Part shown: in pieces, positions 9,187-18,772 of the stretch
How the letters are laid out: each line of letters opens with the position of its first letter
Position numbering within the stretch: position 1 is the first letter of the stretch
From: Bacteroidota bacterium
Lineage (GTDB): Bacteria; Bacteroidota; Ignavibacteria; Kapaibacteriales; UBA2268
Length of the DNA: 64,000 bases
Assembly: GCA_022707965.1 (NCBI GenBank)
Contig: JAKIZO010000001.1
Span: 692-64,691 of the forward strand
Reading direction: 5' to 3'
Notes under the pieces: model-generated
What the model was told of the DNA's origin: nothing
Databases searched by the model: none
Seen by the model: only the letters and a program-made list of their open reading frames with translations
Translations under genes and position numbers: made by a program

Positions 9187-9966
9187 TTATTTTGATTTTA
9201 ATTTAATTAACGTAGTAATAACACTATCACCATAAGACAAATCTTCCGAAATTTTCATCAGCTGTTCGTCCAAAATTTTAACTATATTTTTAATGTTTTC
9301 AACAAGTCCCGAGAAGCTTTTCTGGTCGGAAGAAAGGTAGGACGATTCGATTAAAATATTAGAGCCCATATAATTAGCAATGAAACCATTACGCTTGATA
9401 GAATCCAGTTTTTTCGAAGCTTTGTTCATAAGTGTGTGAGCATCATAAAGCAAATCATTAATCAGTTCGATTACTTTTTGATTTCTCGAAGCAAAACGGA
9501 TAATATTTTCTCTATCGTTTTGTGTAACATTTTTAAAAGCGGGGTGATTAGCGAGTTTGGCTAACACTTTTGGGTCGAGCAAGTTGAAATCGTCGGCAGT
9601 ATATGCAGTTCGTGAATATTTCAGAACACGAGCAATCAAGTTCCGAAGTGCTTCTGAATAATTCAAATAACGACGCACTGCGATTGAGCATAGAGTAAGC
9701 TGGCGGGCAAATTGAGCAGAAATTTGCTCTAATTCTTCGAGTTCAGGTGCAATTTGAACGGGCAAATCCGAGAGAAATCCGGAAAGAGTGATAAGCGATT
9801 GCCCTTGATTTGTTCCAATTTTTGCAGCCTGAACAATACCATTGATAGCCAGCAGCTTCAAATCCAGACTAATATTTTTCAGCGAACGAGTTCCATTAAG
9901 CACATCAACGCCAATTGCGAAGACTTTGGAAATCTCGTTCATATAATTGTTAGTAATCAAACTCAT
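9187..9966 (-). CDS. Soluble coiled-coil protein with a degenerate methyl-accepting chemotaxis protein signalling-tip motif
   Basis: ATG at 9966 (the ORF-track TTG at 9996 is an alternative). No TM segment. LKLLAINGIVQAAKIGTNQGQSL resembles the MCP hairpin tip [21 protein letters not shown]. The rest is helical and heptad-like. Confidence 0.5.
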   Translation of the reverse strand: MSLITNNYMNEISKVFAIGVDVLNGTRSLKNISLDLKLLAINGIVQAAKIGTNQGQSLITLSGFLSDLPVQIAPELEELEQISAQFARQLTLCSIAVRRYLNYSEALRNLIARVLKYSRTAYTADDFNLLDPKVLAKLANHPAFKNVTQNDRENIIRFASRNQKVIELINDLLYDAHTLMNKASKKLDSIKRNGFIANYMGSNILIESSYLSSDQKSFSGLVENIKNIVKILDEQLMKISEDLSYGDSVITTLIKLKSK

Positions 9967-10047
9967 ATTTTGGCTTCTAATAGTGGATTTTACCAATTGT
10001 AATTTTCGGTAAAATACGAATAAACTTAAATATAATTATACAAATTT

Positions 10048-10896
10048 TTACTTAATTAATTTCGCACTTTCAGCTTGAAGAATTTCATAATCAAGAGACT
10101 TGGAATAAACATAAGCTACAATTTGAATATTAGAGGGTTTCCAGTCCTTCGATTGAGGAATAATGTATGAATGATTGAAGTTGAATTTTTTGCCCGCAGT
10201 GATGTCGCTGGACGAAACACGTTCGCCCCAGGCAGAATTAATGCTACCACGAAGGACGTGATTATGAACATAGTCCAGAATATTTTGATTTTCGCCAAGC
10301 CTGTAATCTTTCTGAAATTGAATAATGCTATCTTCCACTATTAGCAGAACCAAATAATCTTGCGAAGTAGAATTTTTTAGATATTGCAAATTGGTAGAGA
10401 CATCGATTTTTCGTGTATTTTCGTTATATGAAACGTTCAATTTAATAGACAAAGAAGGTTCATTTTGAAGTTCAGTTGTAACAAGCGAAGCCCATTTTGT
10501 GTGGCGGGTAATGTAGGAATTGCTGAATTTCTTTCGGTTAATCATACCATTAGGAAGACCGGCATTGCTATTGCCGAAAAATGCGTCGTAGGCGTTGCCT
10601 TCGGGTGTGCGGAAATCATAAGGATGTTCGGGATAAGGTTCGGCGAAAGAACCGACGTGAATTGCAACGGGAATAAGATGCTCGCCATAAGTTTTTTCGA
10701 GTTGCTTGATAACATCGTGTGCTGCGGGACAGTTCCCGCAAGTATAGCCAGTGAAGTCTTCCAGAAGAACTTTACGAACAGAATTGTTCGACGAAGTATC
10801 GATATTTGGATTTTCAGTAACATCACCAGTTATTTGGTCGCAAGAAATAGCAAAAAGCAACAGAAAAGCAAACGCCAGAATATTTATTGTTTTCAT
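10048..10896 (-). CDS. Omp28-related outer-membrane lipoprotein with thioredoxin-like CxxC
   Basis: ATG at 10896 is preceded by AAGGAG; the ORF-track start at 10974 would overlap the upstream gene. Lipoprotein signal peptide (LLLFAISCDQ) and the FTGYTCGNCPAAH motif. Confidence 0.6.
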   Translation of the reverse strand: MKTINILAFAFLLLFAISCDQITGDVTENPNIDTSSNNSVRKVLLEDFTGYTCGNCPAAHDVIKQLEKTYGEHLIPVAIHVGSFAEPYPEHPYDFRTPEGNAYDAFFGNSNAGLPNGMINRKKFSNSYITRHTKWASLVTTELQNEPSLSIKLNVSYNENTRKIDVSTNLQYLKNSTSQDYLVLLIVEDSIIQFQKDYRLGENQNILDYVHNHVLRGSINSAWGERVSSSDITAGKKFNFNHSYIIPQSKDWKPSNIQIVAYVYSKSLDYEILQAESAKLIK

Positions 10897-10906
10897 AGCA
10901 ATCTCC

Positions 10907-12538
10907 TTAAAAAGATGAACTAATCGAGAGATACAAACCGTTTGATGCGGGCACTGTTCGGCAGACACCACCAACGCAAATTATACCTTGATTTTGTTTT
11001 CCATAAGTAAGTTGAATACGATTTGAGCCTACAACATAAGTGAAAGAAGCAGAATAGTAGTGTATTTTCAAGTCGTCAAATTCATTGCCATAGTTGTAAT
11101 CGTCGCTCACAGAGAAATAGAACGAAGGGGAAATCGAGTATTCAATCAAGGCGGTAATCCAATTACCATAACGAGTATCGCCTATATGGGCAGCGGAATC
11201 CTGTTTTGCCCATAAATGCTGCAATTCGAAGCGAATTGCATTTTTGTCGTCTATTCTATAAGTCCCGTCCATAATTAAGAAGTTGCCTTTGATTTTTCCG
11301 TATTTTGGTGCACCTTCGTTTTCTAAAATATCTTTGTCGTAAATCATATTAACGTATGAGAGACTACCTTTGAATTTAGATGAGAATTTTTTAGAAACGT
11401 TTATAGTAAAATCTTGATAGTATAATCTATTGCCAATAGCGAATAAATCTGAATTATACTTGTATTGGCTGGTATGAGTGGTATCGATAGATTGTATTCG
11501 TGAGAAATTAATATTGATATTAGTTCCGTATTTGCCGCCGAAAGCCGATAGAGCTGGCAAAACGTAGTTAATTTCTGCCTGGACGCCCGCTTCACCATTT
11601 AATTTAGTTGCAAAAGGAAACATATTGGGAAGTTTGTAAGGGCTTTGCTTGTTAATTGGGGGAATGTAGCTTAAAGTGAGGTTATTGCCAGCAGCAGACC
11701 TATCAGAACGGAAATCCATATTATCAAGTTTGTGAGCTGATAGAGCGAAACTAAACCCTCGTGTAAAATAAGAACCATTAAGCGACAACCCATAGCCATT
11801 GTTATAAGAATTATTATTTGTAGTATTTGGGTCGTTGTATTTATATCCGAATTCAGCATCGAACAGGAAACTGCTACCGGAAAGCCCTAACCGAGTAGAA
11901 TATGCAAGCACATTTTCAGGCAAACGCAGGAAAGGGTCGTCGTCCTTCTGATACCGGCTAACGACACTACCACCAAGTTTTATATCGAAAGGAAGTTCTA
12001 AATTGGCAAATTCATTAAGAGCGAGATTAAAGTCGCCACCGCGAACAATACCATCGCTCTTGCCCCAAAAAATACGTTGCTTGCCAATAAGCCCGGTTAT
12101 CTCTAAACCATCTGCGGGACGCAACTTAACGCGAAAACCTTCGACAGCGTTGTCAATTCCCAGGGCACGTTCTTCGTAAGCGCGGAAAATCATTCCACTA
12201 CCGAACTGCTCGTAGAAATCACCGACAGTTGCAGAAAGGAACTCATTGCTCCACGAAGCATAACGGTAGGAAACGCCATAACCCTTATATTGTGGGTCGT
12301 AGCCCAAAATTGGATTGAGATAAGCTTCGTAACGCAATCCAGCGTTGAAATTATCAAGTGTATAGTTCAGATTGAGAAAACCGTTAGAAAGGATTTTCTC
12401 TTTGACTTCGGGTGCACCGATGAGACTATCTTTCTTGTAAGTTTGAGCTTCGAGCTGAAAATTCCCACTGATTTTGCCAATATTTTGCGAGAACAAAACA
12501 GAAGGCACTAAAATAAGCAGGTAAATTAACCTTTTCAT
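10907..12538 (-). CDS. Predicted outer-membrane beta-barrel protein (DUF6029-like)
   Basis: 543 aa with a signal peptide (LLILVPSVLFSQ). Alternating beta-strand pattern throughout, aromatic C-terminus (LSISSSF). Upstream partner of the Omp28-like gene. Confidence 0.5.
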   Translation of the reverse strand: MKRLIYLLILVPSVLFSQNIGKISGNFQLEAQTYKKDSLIGAPEVKEKILSNGFLNLNYTLDNFNAGLRYEAYLNPILGYDPQYKGYGVSYRYASWSNEFLSATVGDFYEQFGSGMIFRAYEERALGIDNAVEGFRVKLRPADGLEITGLIGKQRIFWGKSDGIVRGGDFNLALNEFANLELPFDIKLGGSVVSRYQKDDDPFLRLPENVLAYSTRLGLSGSSFLFDAEFGYKYNDPNTTNNNSYNNGYGLSLNGSYFTRGFSFALSAHKLDNMDFRSDRSAAGNNLTLSYIPPINKQSPYKLPNMFPFATKLNGEAGVQAEINYVLPALSAFGGKYGTNININFSRIQSIDTTHTSQYKYNSDLFAIGNRLYYQDFTINVSKKFSSKFKGSLSYVNMIYDKDILENEGAPKYGKIKGNFLIMDGTYRIDDKNAIRFELQHLWAKQDSAAHIGDTRYGNWITALIEYSISPSFYFSVSDDYNYGNEFDDLKIHYYSASFTYVVGSNRIQLTYGKQNQGIICVGGVCRTVPASNGLYLSISSSF

Positions 12539-12578
12539 AACACTTCAACGATTAATAAAACAAACAGTGATTAACAAA

Positions 12579-13400
12579 TTATCTAACCGCTTCCCATTCC
12601 TTGGTAATAGACTTATTGAATAGCATAACAGTTACAGCATTAAGTCCCCAGTAGAGCAAAGTTTTGAAATATCCATATTTTCTGAAACGGCGGGTAGATT
12701 CGAGAACTACAATATTGCGGCAAAATTTCACTTTTGCAACTTTGTTAATACGGCGGTATAAATCGAAATCTTCGCCGGCGACAATTTCGCTATTGTAGCC
12801 ACCAACTTGTTCGAAAATGCTTCGCCGAACAATCTGGCATTCGCCGCGACCCATACCAAGCCCGATAAAATTGAGAAAGGCAACATATTGATTATGAAGG
12901 AAATAGAACACTTTATCTTTAAAACGAATTTCCGAAGGAAAGCCGCTCACATAACAGGCAATCGCCCCACAACAGTCCGATGTATCATTAGCCCAAGCCA
13001 AGATTTCAGAGAAGAATTTATCTAAATCTGCGGGATATGAATCGGCGTTGAGGAAAACCAGAACATCGCCAATCGCAACCGACGCACCATTATTTCGCCC
13101 GGCAGCAATTGTCTGACGTTTGTCGCAATCGTGCAGAACAATTTTATCAGCGTATTTTTTAGCAATTTCGACAGTTTTGTCGGTGGAACCGCCATCGGAA
13201 ACAATAAGCTCGAAATTGTATTTTTTTCGTATCTCGGGCGAAAATCGTTTTAATTGCTCTTCGAGAAGCTTTTCTTCCTGAAAAGTAGGGATAATCAAGC
13301 TAAGCTTCGTATCAATTTGCTTACGAGTTGAACCGATTTGTTTGAAATCAGGATTTAGAGCGATTTTCTCTTGTGGCTCGTATGATAATCTATAATGCAA
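12579..13400 (-). CDS. Family 2 glycosyltransferase
   Basis: LSLIIPTFQEEKLL...VSDGGSTDKT and a FLNADS (DxD-like) motif. Only a TTG start is available at 13400, so the exact start is uncertain. Confidence 0.75.
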   Translation of the reverse strand: MHYRLSYEPQEKIALNPDFKQIGSTRKQIDTKLSLIIPTFQEEKLLEEQLKRFSPEIRKKYNFELIVSDGGSTDKTVEIAKKYADKIVLHDCDKRQTIAAGRNNGASVAIGDVLVFLNADSYPADLDKFFSEILAWANDTSDCCGAIACYVSGFPSEIRFKDKVFYFLHNQYVAFLNFIGLGMGRGECQIVRRSIFEQVGGYNSEIVAGEDFDLYRRINKVAKVKFCRNIVVLESTRRFRKYGYFKTLLYWGLNAVTVMLFNKSITKEWEAVR

Positions 13401-13689
13401 CTTTTCCCTTTAAGTTATATACAAATTATAAAATTAATTATTTTTTCGCTATTATTCAACTTAAATATAATTTTGAATATTACAATTGAGAAAATGAACA
13501 ATATTAAATTAAGTTTATGAATAATCAATATAGAGGAAATTATGGTTTTAGTAAAAAGTTGCGATTTGGGTGAAGTCGAAAAAACACCTGAATTATAACC
13601 ATCGGAAATTTTTTCGCAATTTTATTTAGCCGAAATGTAATTAATCAAATATTTTGTGTCAATAACATAACAAAAACAAGAAAAAATAA

Positions 13690-13721
13690 TTTGGGAAAAA
13701 TTTGAAAAAATTGTATTTTTG
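13690..13721 (+). promoter_or_regulatory. Bacteroidota-type promoter (TTTG-N20-TATTTTTG) for rpmB
   Basis: TTTG at 13690-13693 and TATTTTTG at 13714-13721, about 40 nt upstream of the rpmB ATG. The same motif pair recurs at 25509-25539 and on the minus strand at 28245-28215. Confidence 0.5.
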
Positions 13722-13760
13722 TTTTCTATTGAAAATGAAATTACTTATTTGGAGATAAAA

Positions 13761-13982
13761 ATGGCAAGAAGATGTGAGCTTACAGGCGTTGGTCCAATGA
13801 CGGGCAATAATGTTTCGCACGCAAACAATAAAACACGCAGACGTTTTCTTCCGAATTTGCAGAAGAAGAGAATTTGGTTGCCTGAGGAAAAGCGTTGGAT
13901 AACAATCAAAGCTACTGCTCGTGCATTAAAAACTTTGGATAAGAAAGGCTACGCAGCAATGATTAAAGAATTAGCAAAGTAA
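13761..13982 (+). CDS. rpmB: 50S ribosomal protein L28
   Basis: [34 protein letters not shown] is a canonical L28 N-terminus. ATG at 13761 lies after GGAGA. Confidence 0.95.
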   Translation: MARRCELTGVGPMTGNNVSHANNKTRRRFLPNLQKKRIWLPEEKRWITIKATARALKTLDKKGYAAMIKELAK

Positions 13983-14010
13983 ACGCTAAGCAACAGATTT
14001 TTTTATATGA

Positions 14011-14042
14011 GCGAAAACACGGGGGTTTTCGCTTTTTTTTTA
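14011..14042 (+). terminator. Rho-independent terminator after rpmB
   Basis: GCGAAAAC-ACGGGG-GTTTTCGC hairpin followed by a run of at least 8 T. Confidence 0.85.
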
Positions 14043-14052
14043 GGAGAATTTT

Positions 14053-14940
14053 ATGTATTGGGGTGAAATAGCTGCATTGACAGCAGCATTTTTATGGGCA
14101 GCAGGTTCATTTTTATTCACTTCGGCAGTCAAGCGAATTGGCAGCATTCAGCTCAATATAGATAGGATGACACTTGCAGCAATCTTCATTGCAATTACAA
14201 TGCTGGCGGCGGGAATATCTTTTAGTTGTTCGTTAAATCAATTGCTATATTTAATTGGGAGTGGAATAGTAGGTTTGATTATTGGCGACACAGCATTATT
14301 TAGAGCATTTCGGGAAATGGGACCACGCATAAGTTTGCTAATTTATTCGTTCAATCCCGCATTTGCTGCAATTTTAGCGTTTATTTTGTTCGGGGAAAAG
14401 CTCCCATTTATTAGTATTCTTGGGATTTTTCTTACACTTCTGGGAATAATACTTGTTGTAACTGAAAAACCGCAAAAAGACAACCCGATGAATTTCAAAG
14501 TAACGCTGCCAGGTGTATTATTTGCGTTTATTTCAGCATTGGGGCAAGCAGGCGGACTAATTTTTGCCAAATATGCTTTTAATGATAGCTACATACATAG
14601 TTTTACGGCTACTTTTTATAGAATATCTACCTCCGTTTTATTGTTTCTTCCACTTGGAATTCTACTGAAAAGATATGTAAATCCTTTTAAATTATATGCC
14701 AGCGACAGAAAATCCTTTAAGCAAATATCAATTGCGTCCATAATTGGACCGTATCTTGGCATAACACTTAGTTTTTTTGCAATTTCACATACTAAACTTG
14801 GTATTGCTTCAACGCTGCTTGCAACGGTTCCGGTAATGATACTTCCAATGACAAGAATTGTATATAAGGAAAAGCTCACCTTAGTATCGGTGTCGGGTGC
14901 AGTTGTTGCATTTATTGGAATAGCGTTGCTCTTTGCTTAA
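14053..14940 (+). CDS. DMT superfamily (EamA-like) transporter
   Basis: 295 aa with about 10 TM helices in two repeated halves, typical of EamA-domain permeases. Confidence 0.75.
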   Translation: MYWGEIAALTAAFLWAAGSFLFTSAVKRIGSIQLNIDRMTLAAIFIAITMLAAGISFSCSLNQLLYLIGSGIVGLIIGDTALFRAFREMGPRISLLIYSFNPAFAAILAFILFGEKLPFISILGIFLTLLGIILVVTEKPQKDNPMNFKVTLPGVLFAFISALGQAGGLIFAKYAFNDSYIHSFTATFYRISTSVLLFLPLGILLKRYVNPFKLYASDRKSFKQISIASIIGPYLGITLSFFAISHTKLGIASTLLATVPVMILPMTRIVYKEKLTLVSVSGAVVAFIGIALLFA

Positions 14941-14983
14941 TAGAGCAATTTTCAAATTGCGTGAAAGGAAATTTAGATTGAAA

Positions 14984-16402
14984 TTACAATTTCATTATTT
15001 TGACGACATTTTCCGGGAGTGATGTTTTCTCAGATGTTCCTGTTACAAAGATAATCTTCTCCCCTTTTTCAAAAATATTGTTGTCTACCAAGAAATTGCA
15101 AATAGTTTTAACAATATCGTCGGAATTATTTAGTTCTTCGAGCCAGAAGGAACGCACCCCCCAGATAAGAGCAAGTTTTCGTTGAGTGTCTTTAAGTTCG
15201 GTGAATGCAATAATTTCCTGACGCGGTCTATATTTAGCAATGTTGATAGCAGTGAACCCGCTGGTGGTCATAGCAATAATAGCAGAAGCATTCACCTGCG
15301 CAGAGACTTCGCAGGAAGCTTTCGAAAGAGCATCAGAAAAATTATGGCGTTCGTCGGATGGGACAATACGAGGTTCGAGCATACGGTGAAAATTCTTCTC
15401 AGCGGTGCGAATAATTCTATCCATATAATTAACAGCTTCGCAAGGATAACTGCCCGTGCTGGTCTCGCCGCTTAGCATAACGCAGTCTGTTCCATCGATT
15501 ACAGCGTTGGCGACATCACTTGCTTCGGATCGGGTAGGACGTGGATTAGTAATCATTGATTCAAGCATCTGAGTGGCAACTATCACGGGTTTACCGTAAA
15601 AATTACATTTTTTGATAATGTTTTTTTGCAGAATGGGAACTTCTTCGGCAGGAGTTTCGAGCCCTAAATCGCCACGAGCAACCATAATTGCGTCTGATTC
15701 TTCGATAATCTCGTCGATGCGTTCGCAGGCTTCGTAACGTTCAATTTTCGAGATAATTCCAACGTTCTTTTTGAAGATTTTCATAGCAGTTTTTAGTTCT
15801 ATGACGTCTTTAGCAGAACGCACAAAGGACAGAGCAACGTAATCAACACCTAACTCCAAGCCAAATTTCAAGTCTTCTATATCTTTTTCGGAAAGTGAAG
15901 GAGCGAAAGATTTCACACCCGGGGCAATAATCCCTTTGTTATTCTTTAAGTTGCCGCCTTTAATCACTTCCGTAATAATATCGTTGCCAATCACCTGCTT
16001 AACTTTCAAAATTAAATAGCCATCATCGAGGAGTAGGGTGTCGCCCGCAGAAACTTCTTTGACAAGGTCTTTGTAGGTGGTGGAAACGCGATGCTCATCA
16101 CCTTCTTCGAGGCCGTCGGCAGTAATGATAAATTCGCTACCGGGAGAGAGAAACACAATTCCATTACGCACGTTTCGAGTGCGAATTTTAGGACCCTGCA
16201 AATCCTGAATAACGGCGATGGGCTTGCCGGTGATTTCTTCGGCACGACGGATATTCGCAAACATCTCTTGATGCTGCTGGTGAGTGCCGTGAGAAAAATT
16301 AAGTCGGGCAATATCCATCCCGTTTTGAATTAGCTCGACAAGTTTTTCAACATCAGCCGTTGCCGGACCTATGGTGCAAATGATTTTAGTCCTTCTGCTC
16401 AT
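14984..16402 (-). CDS. pyk: Pyruvate kinase
   Basis: MSRRTKIICTIGPA N-terminus, MVARGDLG and the C-terminal regulatory domain. 472 aa. Confidence 0.95.
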   Translation of the reverse strand: MSRRTKIICTIGPATADVEKLVELIQNGMDIARLNFSHGTHQQHQEMFANIRRAEEITGKPIAVIQDLQGPKIRTRNVRNGIVFLSPGSEFIITADGLEEGDEHRVSTTYKDLVKEVSAGDTLLLDDGYLILKVKQVIGNDIITEVIKGGNLKNNKGIIAPGVKSFAPSLSEKDIEDLKFGLELGVDYVALSFVRSAKDVIELKTAMKIFKKNVGIISKIERYEACERIDEIIEESDAIMVARGDLGLETPAEEVPILQKNIIKKCNFYGKPVIVATQMLESMITNPRPTRSEASDVANAVIDGTDCVMLSGETSTGSYPCEAVNYMDRIIRTAEKNFHRMLEPRIVPSDERHNFSDALSKASCEVSAQVNASAIIAMTTSGFTAINIAKYRPRQEIIAFTELKDTQRKLALIWGVRSFWLEELNNSDDIVKTICNFLVDNNIFEKGEKIIFVTGTSEKTSLPENVVKIMKL

Positions 16403-16410
16403 TTGGTTCT

Positions 16411-17400
16411 CTATTTAATTCGACCAATAAACACAGGATTTTCGTTTTTTAGTGTTTCCATAATGCTATAAGCATTTTGTTCGGTTGTAATTAGAACCAT
16501 TCCGATACCTAAATTGAAAACCTGTCGCATTTCATCTTCGGATACGTTGCCAGTTTTTTGAATAAGTTCGAAAATAGGCGGTCTGCGCCAGCTTTCCCAG
16601 AAAATTTCTAATTCGAGAGGTTTGCGGACAACACGAGAAGTATTGCCAACAATACCACCGCCCGTAATATGGGAAATCCCACTCAATAGACCTTTTTCAG
16701 CCATTGGATGGACAAGATGCAAATACGAACGATGAACTTTGAGGAGTTCCTCGCCCAGGGAGCAACCTAAATCTTCGATATAATCATCAACTTTATATTT
16801 TGCGAAAAGGACTTTTCGAGCAAGAGAATATCCATTTGTATGAAGCCCGTTCGATGGCAATCCAATCAAAACATCGCCCGATTTAACAGCACTACCATTT
16901 AGTATTTTCGATTTATCGACAACTCCAACAATGGTTCCGCTTACGTCGTACTCGCCGTCAGCATAAATTGAAGGCATTTCGGCAGTTTCGCCGCCGATTA
17001 AAGCGGTAGAATTTTCGCGGCAAGCTTTGACAAACCCTGAAATAACTTGCTCGGCAACAGTTGGTTCGAGCCGACCCGTAGCAAAATAATCAAGAAAGAA
17101 CAAAGGTTTTGCACCACAGGCAAGAATATCATTAACACAATGATTAACAAGGCACTGCCCGACAGTATCGTGCTTGTTTGCTGCGAAAGCAACTTTAAGC
17201 TTGGTTCCGACCCCGTCGGTGCTGGCAACAAGCACAGGTTCGGCATACCCCTCGAACTTTGCTTCGTAAAGCCCGCCGAAAAGTCCAATTTCAGAGAGAA
17301 CTTTTTCATTGAAAGTAGTTTTGACAAGTGGTTTTATTCTACTGACTAATTTTTCGCCCGCTTCAATGTTTACTCCTGAGGCTTTGTAAGTTTCGTTCAT
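16411..17400 (-). CDS. purM: Phosphoribosylformylglycinamidine cyclo-ligase (AIR synthetase)
   Basis: YKASGVNIEAGE...DGVGTKL...HITGGG motifs. 329 aa. Confidence 0.95.
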   Translation of the reverse strand: MNETYKASGVNIEAGEKLVSRIKPLVKTTFNEKVLSEIGLFGGLYEAKFEGYAEPVLVASTDGVGTKLKVAFAANKHDTVGQCLVNHCVNDILACGAKPLFFLDYFATGRLEPTVAEQVISGFVKACRENSTALIGGETAEMPSIYADGEYDVSGTIVGVVDKSKILNGSAVKSGDVLIGLPSNGLHTNGYSLARKVLFAKYKVDDYIEDLGCSLGEELLKVHRSYLHLVHPMAEKGLLSGISHITGGGIVGNTSRVVRKPLELEIFWESWRRPPIFELIQKTGNVSEDEMRQVFNLGIGMVLITTEQNAYSIMETLKNENPVFIGRIK

Positions 17401-17513
17401 TTTTTCTCCCTAATCAAAAAAACAAAATTACAATTAAATACAATAAGTTAAAAACAAGAGTTGAACGTTTTTCGATAATTAACAATAATTCATTGTAAAT
17501 TAATGCAAATTGT

Positions 17514-18593
17514 ATGAAAATTAATAATGTGGATTATCGCTCGCTCTGGGAAGAAAAGGGCAAAGAGCTTGCAATCAATGTAATAGACCAGCGATTATTG
17601 CCGTTCGAGCTTAAAATTGTAAAAATCACCAAATACAAAGATATGGTAATGGCAATAAAAGATATGACAGTTCGCGGTGCCCCGCTTATTGGAATAGCAG
17701 GTGCCTATGCAATTGCGCTTGCTTTGCAGGAGATGATACATAAGAAGCAACAGGCGGAAAAGATAAACGAAATAGTTGGAGAAGTGCGCTCGGCGCGCCC
17801 AACGGCAGTTAATCTTATGTGGGCAGTGGATAAAGTAGCTTCGATGTTAGATTTTTCGCTTTCGTTGGAGGAAAACTATGAATGCGCTCTTGCTACTGCA
17901 CGTCAGATATTTTCTGATGAAGTTGCTTCCTGCGAAAGTATTGCAAAATTTGGTTTTGAATTGATAGAGGATTTACACACTGAAAACCGCAGACCAATAA
18001 ATTTATTAACGCACTGCAATGCGGGATGGCTTGCAACAGTGGATTGGGGGACGGCACTTGCACCCATTTATTACGCACACCGCAAAGGAATACCGCTACA
18101 TATCTGGGTAGATGAAACTCGCCCAAGAAATCAAGGAGCGAAGCTTACATCGTTTGAATTGCTTGGCGAAGGCGTTCCGCATACAATAATCGCTGATAAT
18201 ACGGGTGGCTTGCTTATGCAAATGGGCAAGGTAGATGCTGTAATTGTTGGAGCCGATAGAGTTACAAGCAAAGGTGATGTTTGCAACAAGGTGGGAACTT
18301 ACCTGAAAGCATTAGTAGCAAAAGAGCATAACATCCCGTTCTGGGTGGCTTTTCCAACAAGCACCATTGATTGGGAAACTGATGATTTCAGGAAAATACC
18401 AATTGAAGCTCGTTCTACGGAAGAAATTGATTATATCGAAGGGCTTTATCAGAACAAAATTACTAAAATTCGAATTACACCGATTGGTTCGAAATCTTTG
18501 AATTATGCATTTGATATTACACCAGGTAAATTTGTTTCGAAGTATATTACCGAGCTTGGTGTGTTTGATGATATTCAAAAGCTAAGAGAGTAG
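17514..18593 (+). CDS. mtnA: S-methyl-5-thioribose-1-phosphate isomerase (eIF-2B alpha/beta/delta-like family)
   Basis: RGAPLIGIAGAY, THCNAG and VIVGADRVTSKGDVCNKVGTY motifs. 359 aa. Confidence 0.85.
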   Translation: MKINNVDYRSLWEEKGKELAINVIDQRLLPFELKIVKITKYKDMVMAIKDMTVRGAPLIGIAGAYAIALALQEMIHKKQQAEKINEIVGEVRSARPTAVNLMWAVDKVASMLDFSLSLEENYECALATARQIFSDEVASCESIAKFGFELIEDLHTENRRPINLLTHCNAGWLATVDWGTALAPIYYAHRKGIPLHIWVDETRPRNQGAKLTSFELLGEGVPHTIIADNTGGLLMQMGKVDAVIVGADRVTSKGDVCNKVGTYLKALVAKEHNIPFWVAFPTSTIDWETDDFRKIPIEARSTEEIDYIEGLYQNKITKIRITPIGSKSLNYAFDITPGKFVSKYITELGVFDDIQKLRE

Positions 18594-18703
18594 AAATATG
18601 GAAATATAACTCCTTTCCTACAATGTTTTCAATTACTTAGCGAAATATCAGGAAAACCTTCGGAAGGTTACAAAAAGAGGCTTTTGAGGCACCAATACAT
18701 AAC

Positions 18704-18733
18704 GAAAAAAGGCTGCCTTTTAAGGGGCAGCCT
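18704..18733 (-). terminator. Rho-independent terminator after the DUF1573 gene
   Basis: On the minus strand, a GGCTGCC-loop-GGCAGCC hairpin is followed by TTTTTT (complement of 18705-18710). Confidence 0.7.
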
Positions 18734-18772
18734 CGTAAGATATTGCAAAACAGTTTGTAATGGTTGCTTTTA

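Noticed and set aside
18655-18669. AACCTTCGGAAGGTT palindrome as the terminator of mtnA (+)
   Set aside because: No T tract follows on the plus strand, and the stem would close on a 1-3 nt loop. It is kept only as a member of the shared-stem observation.
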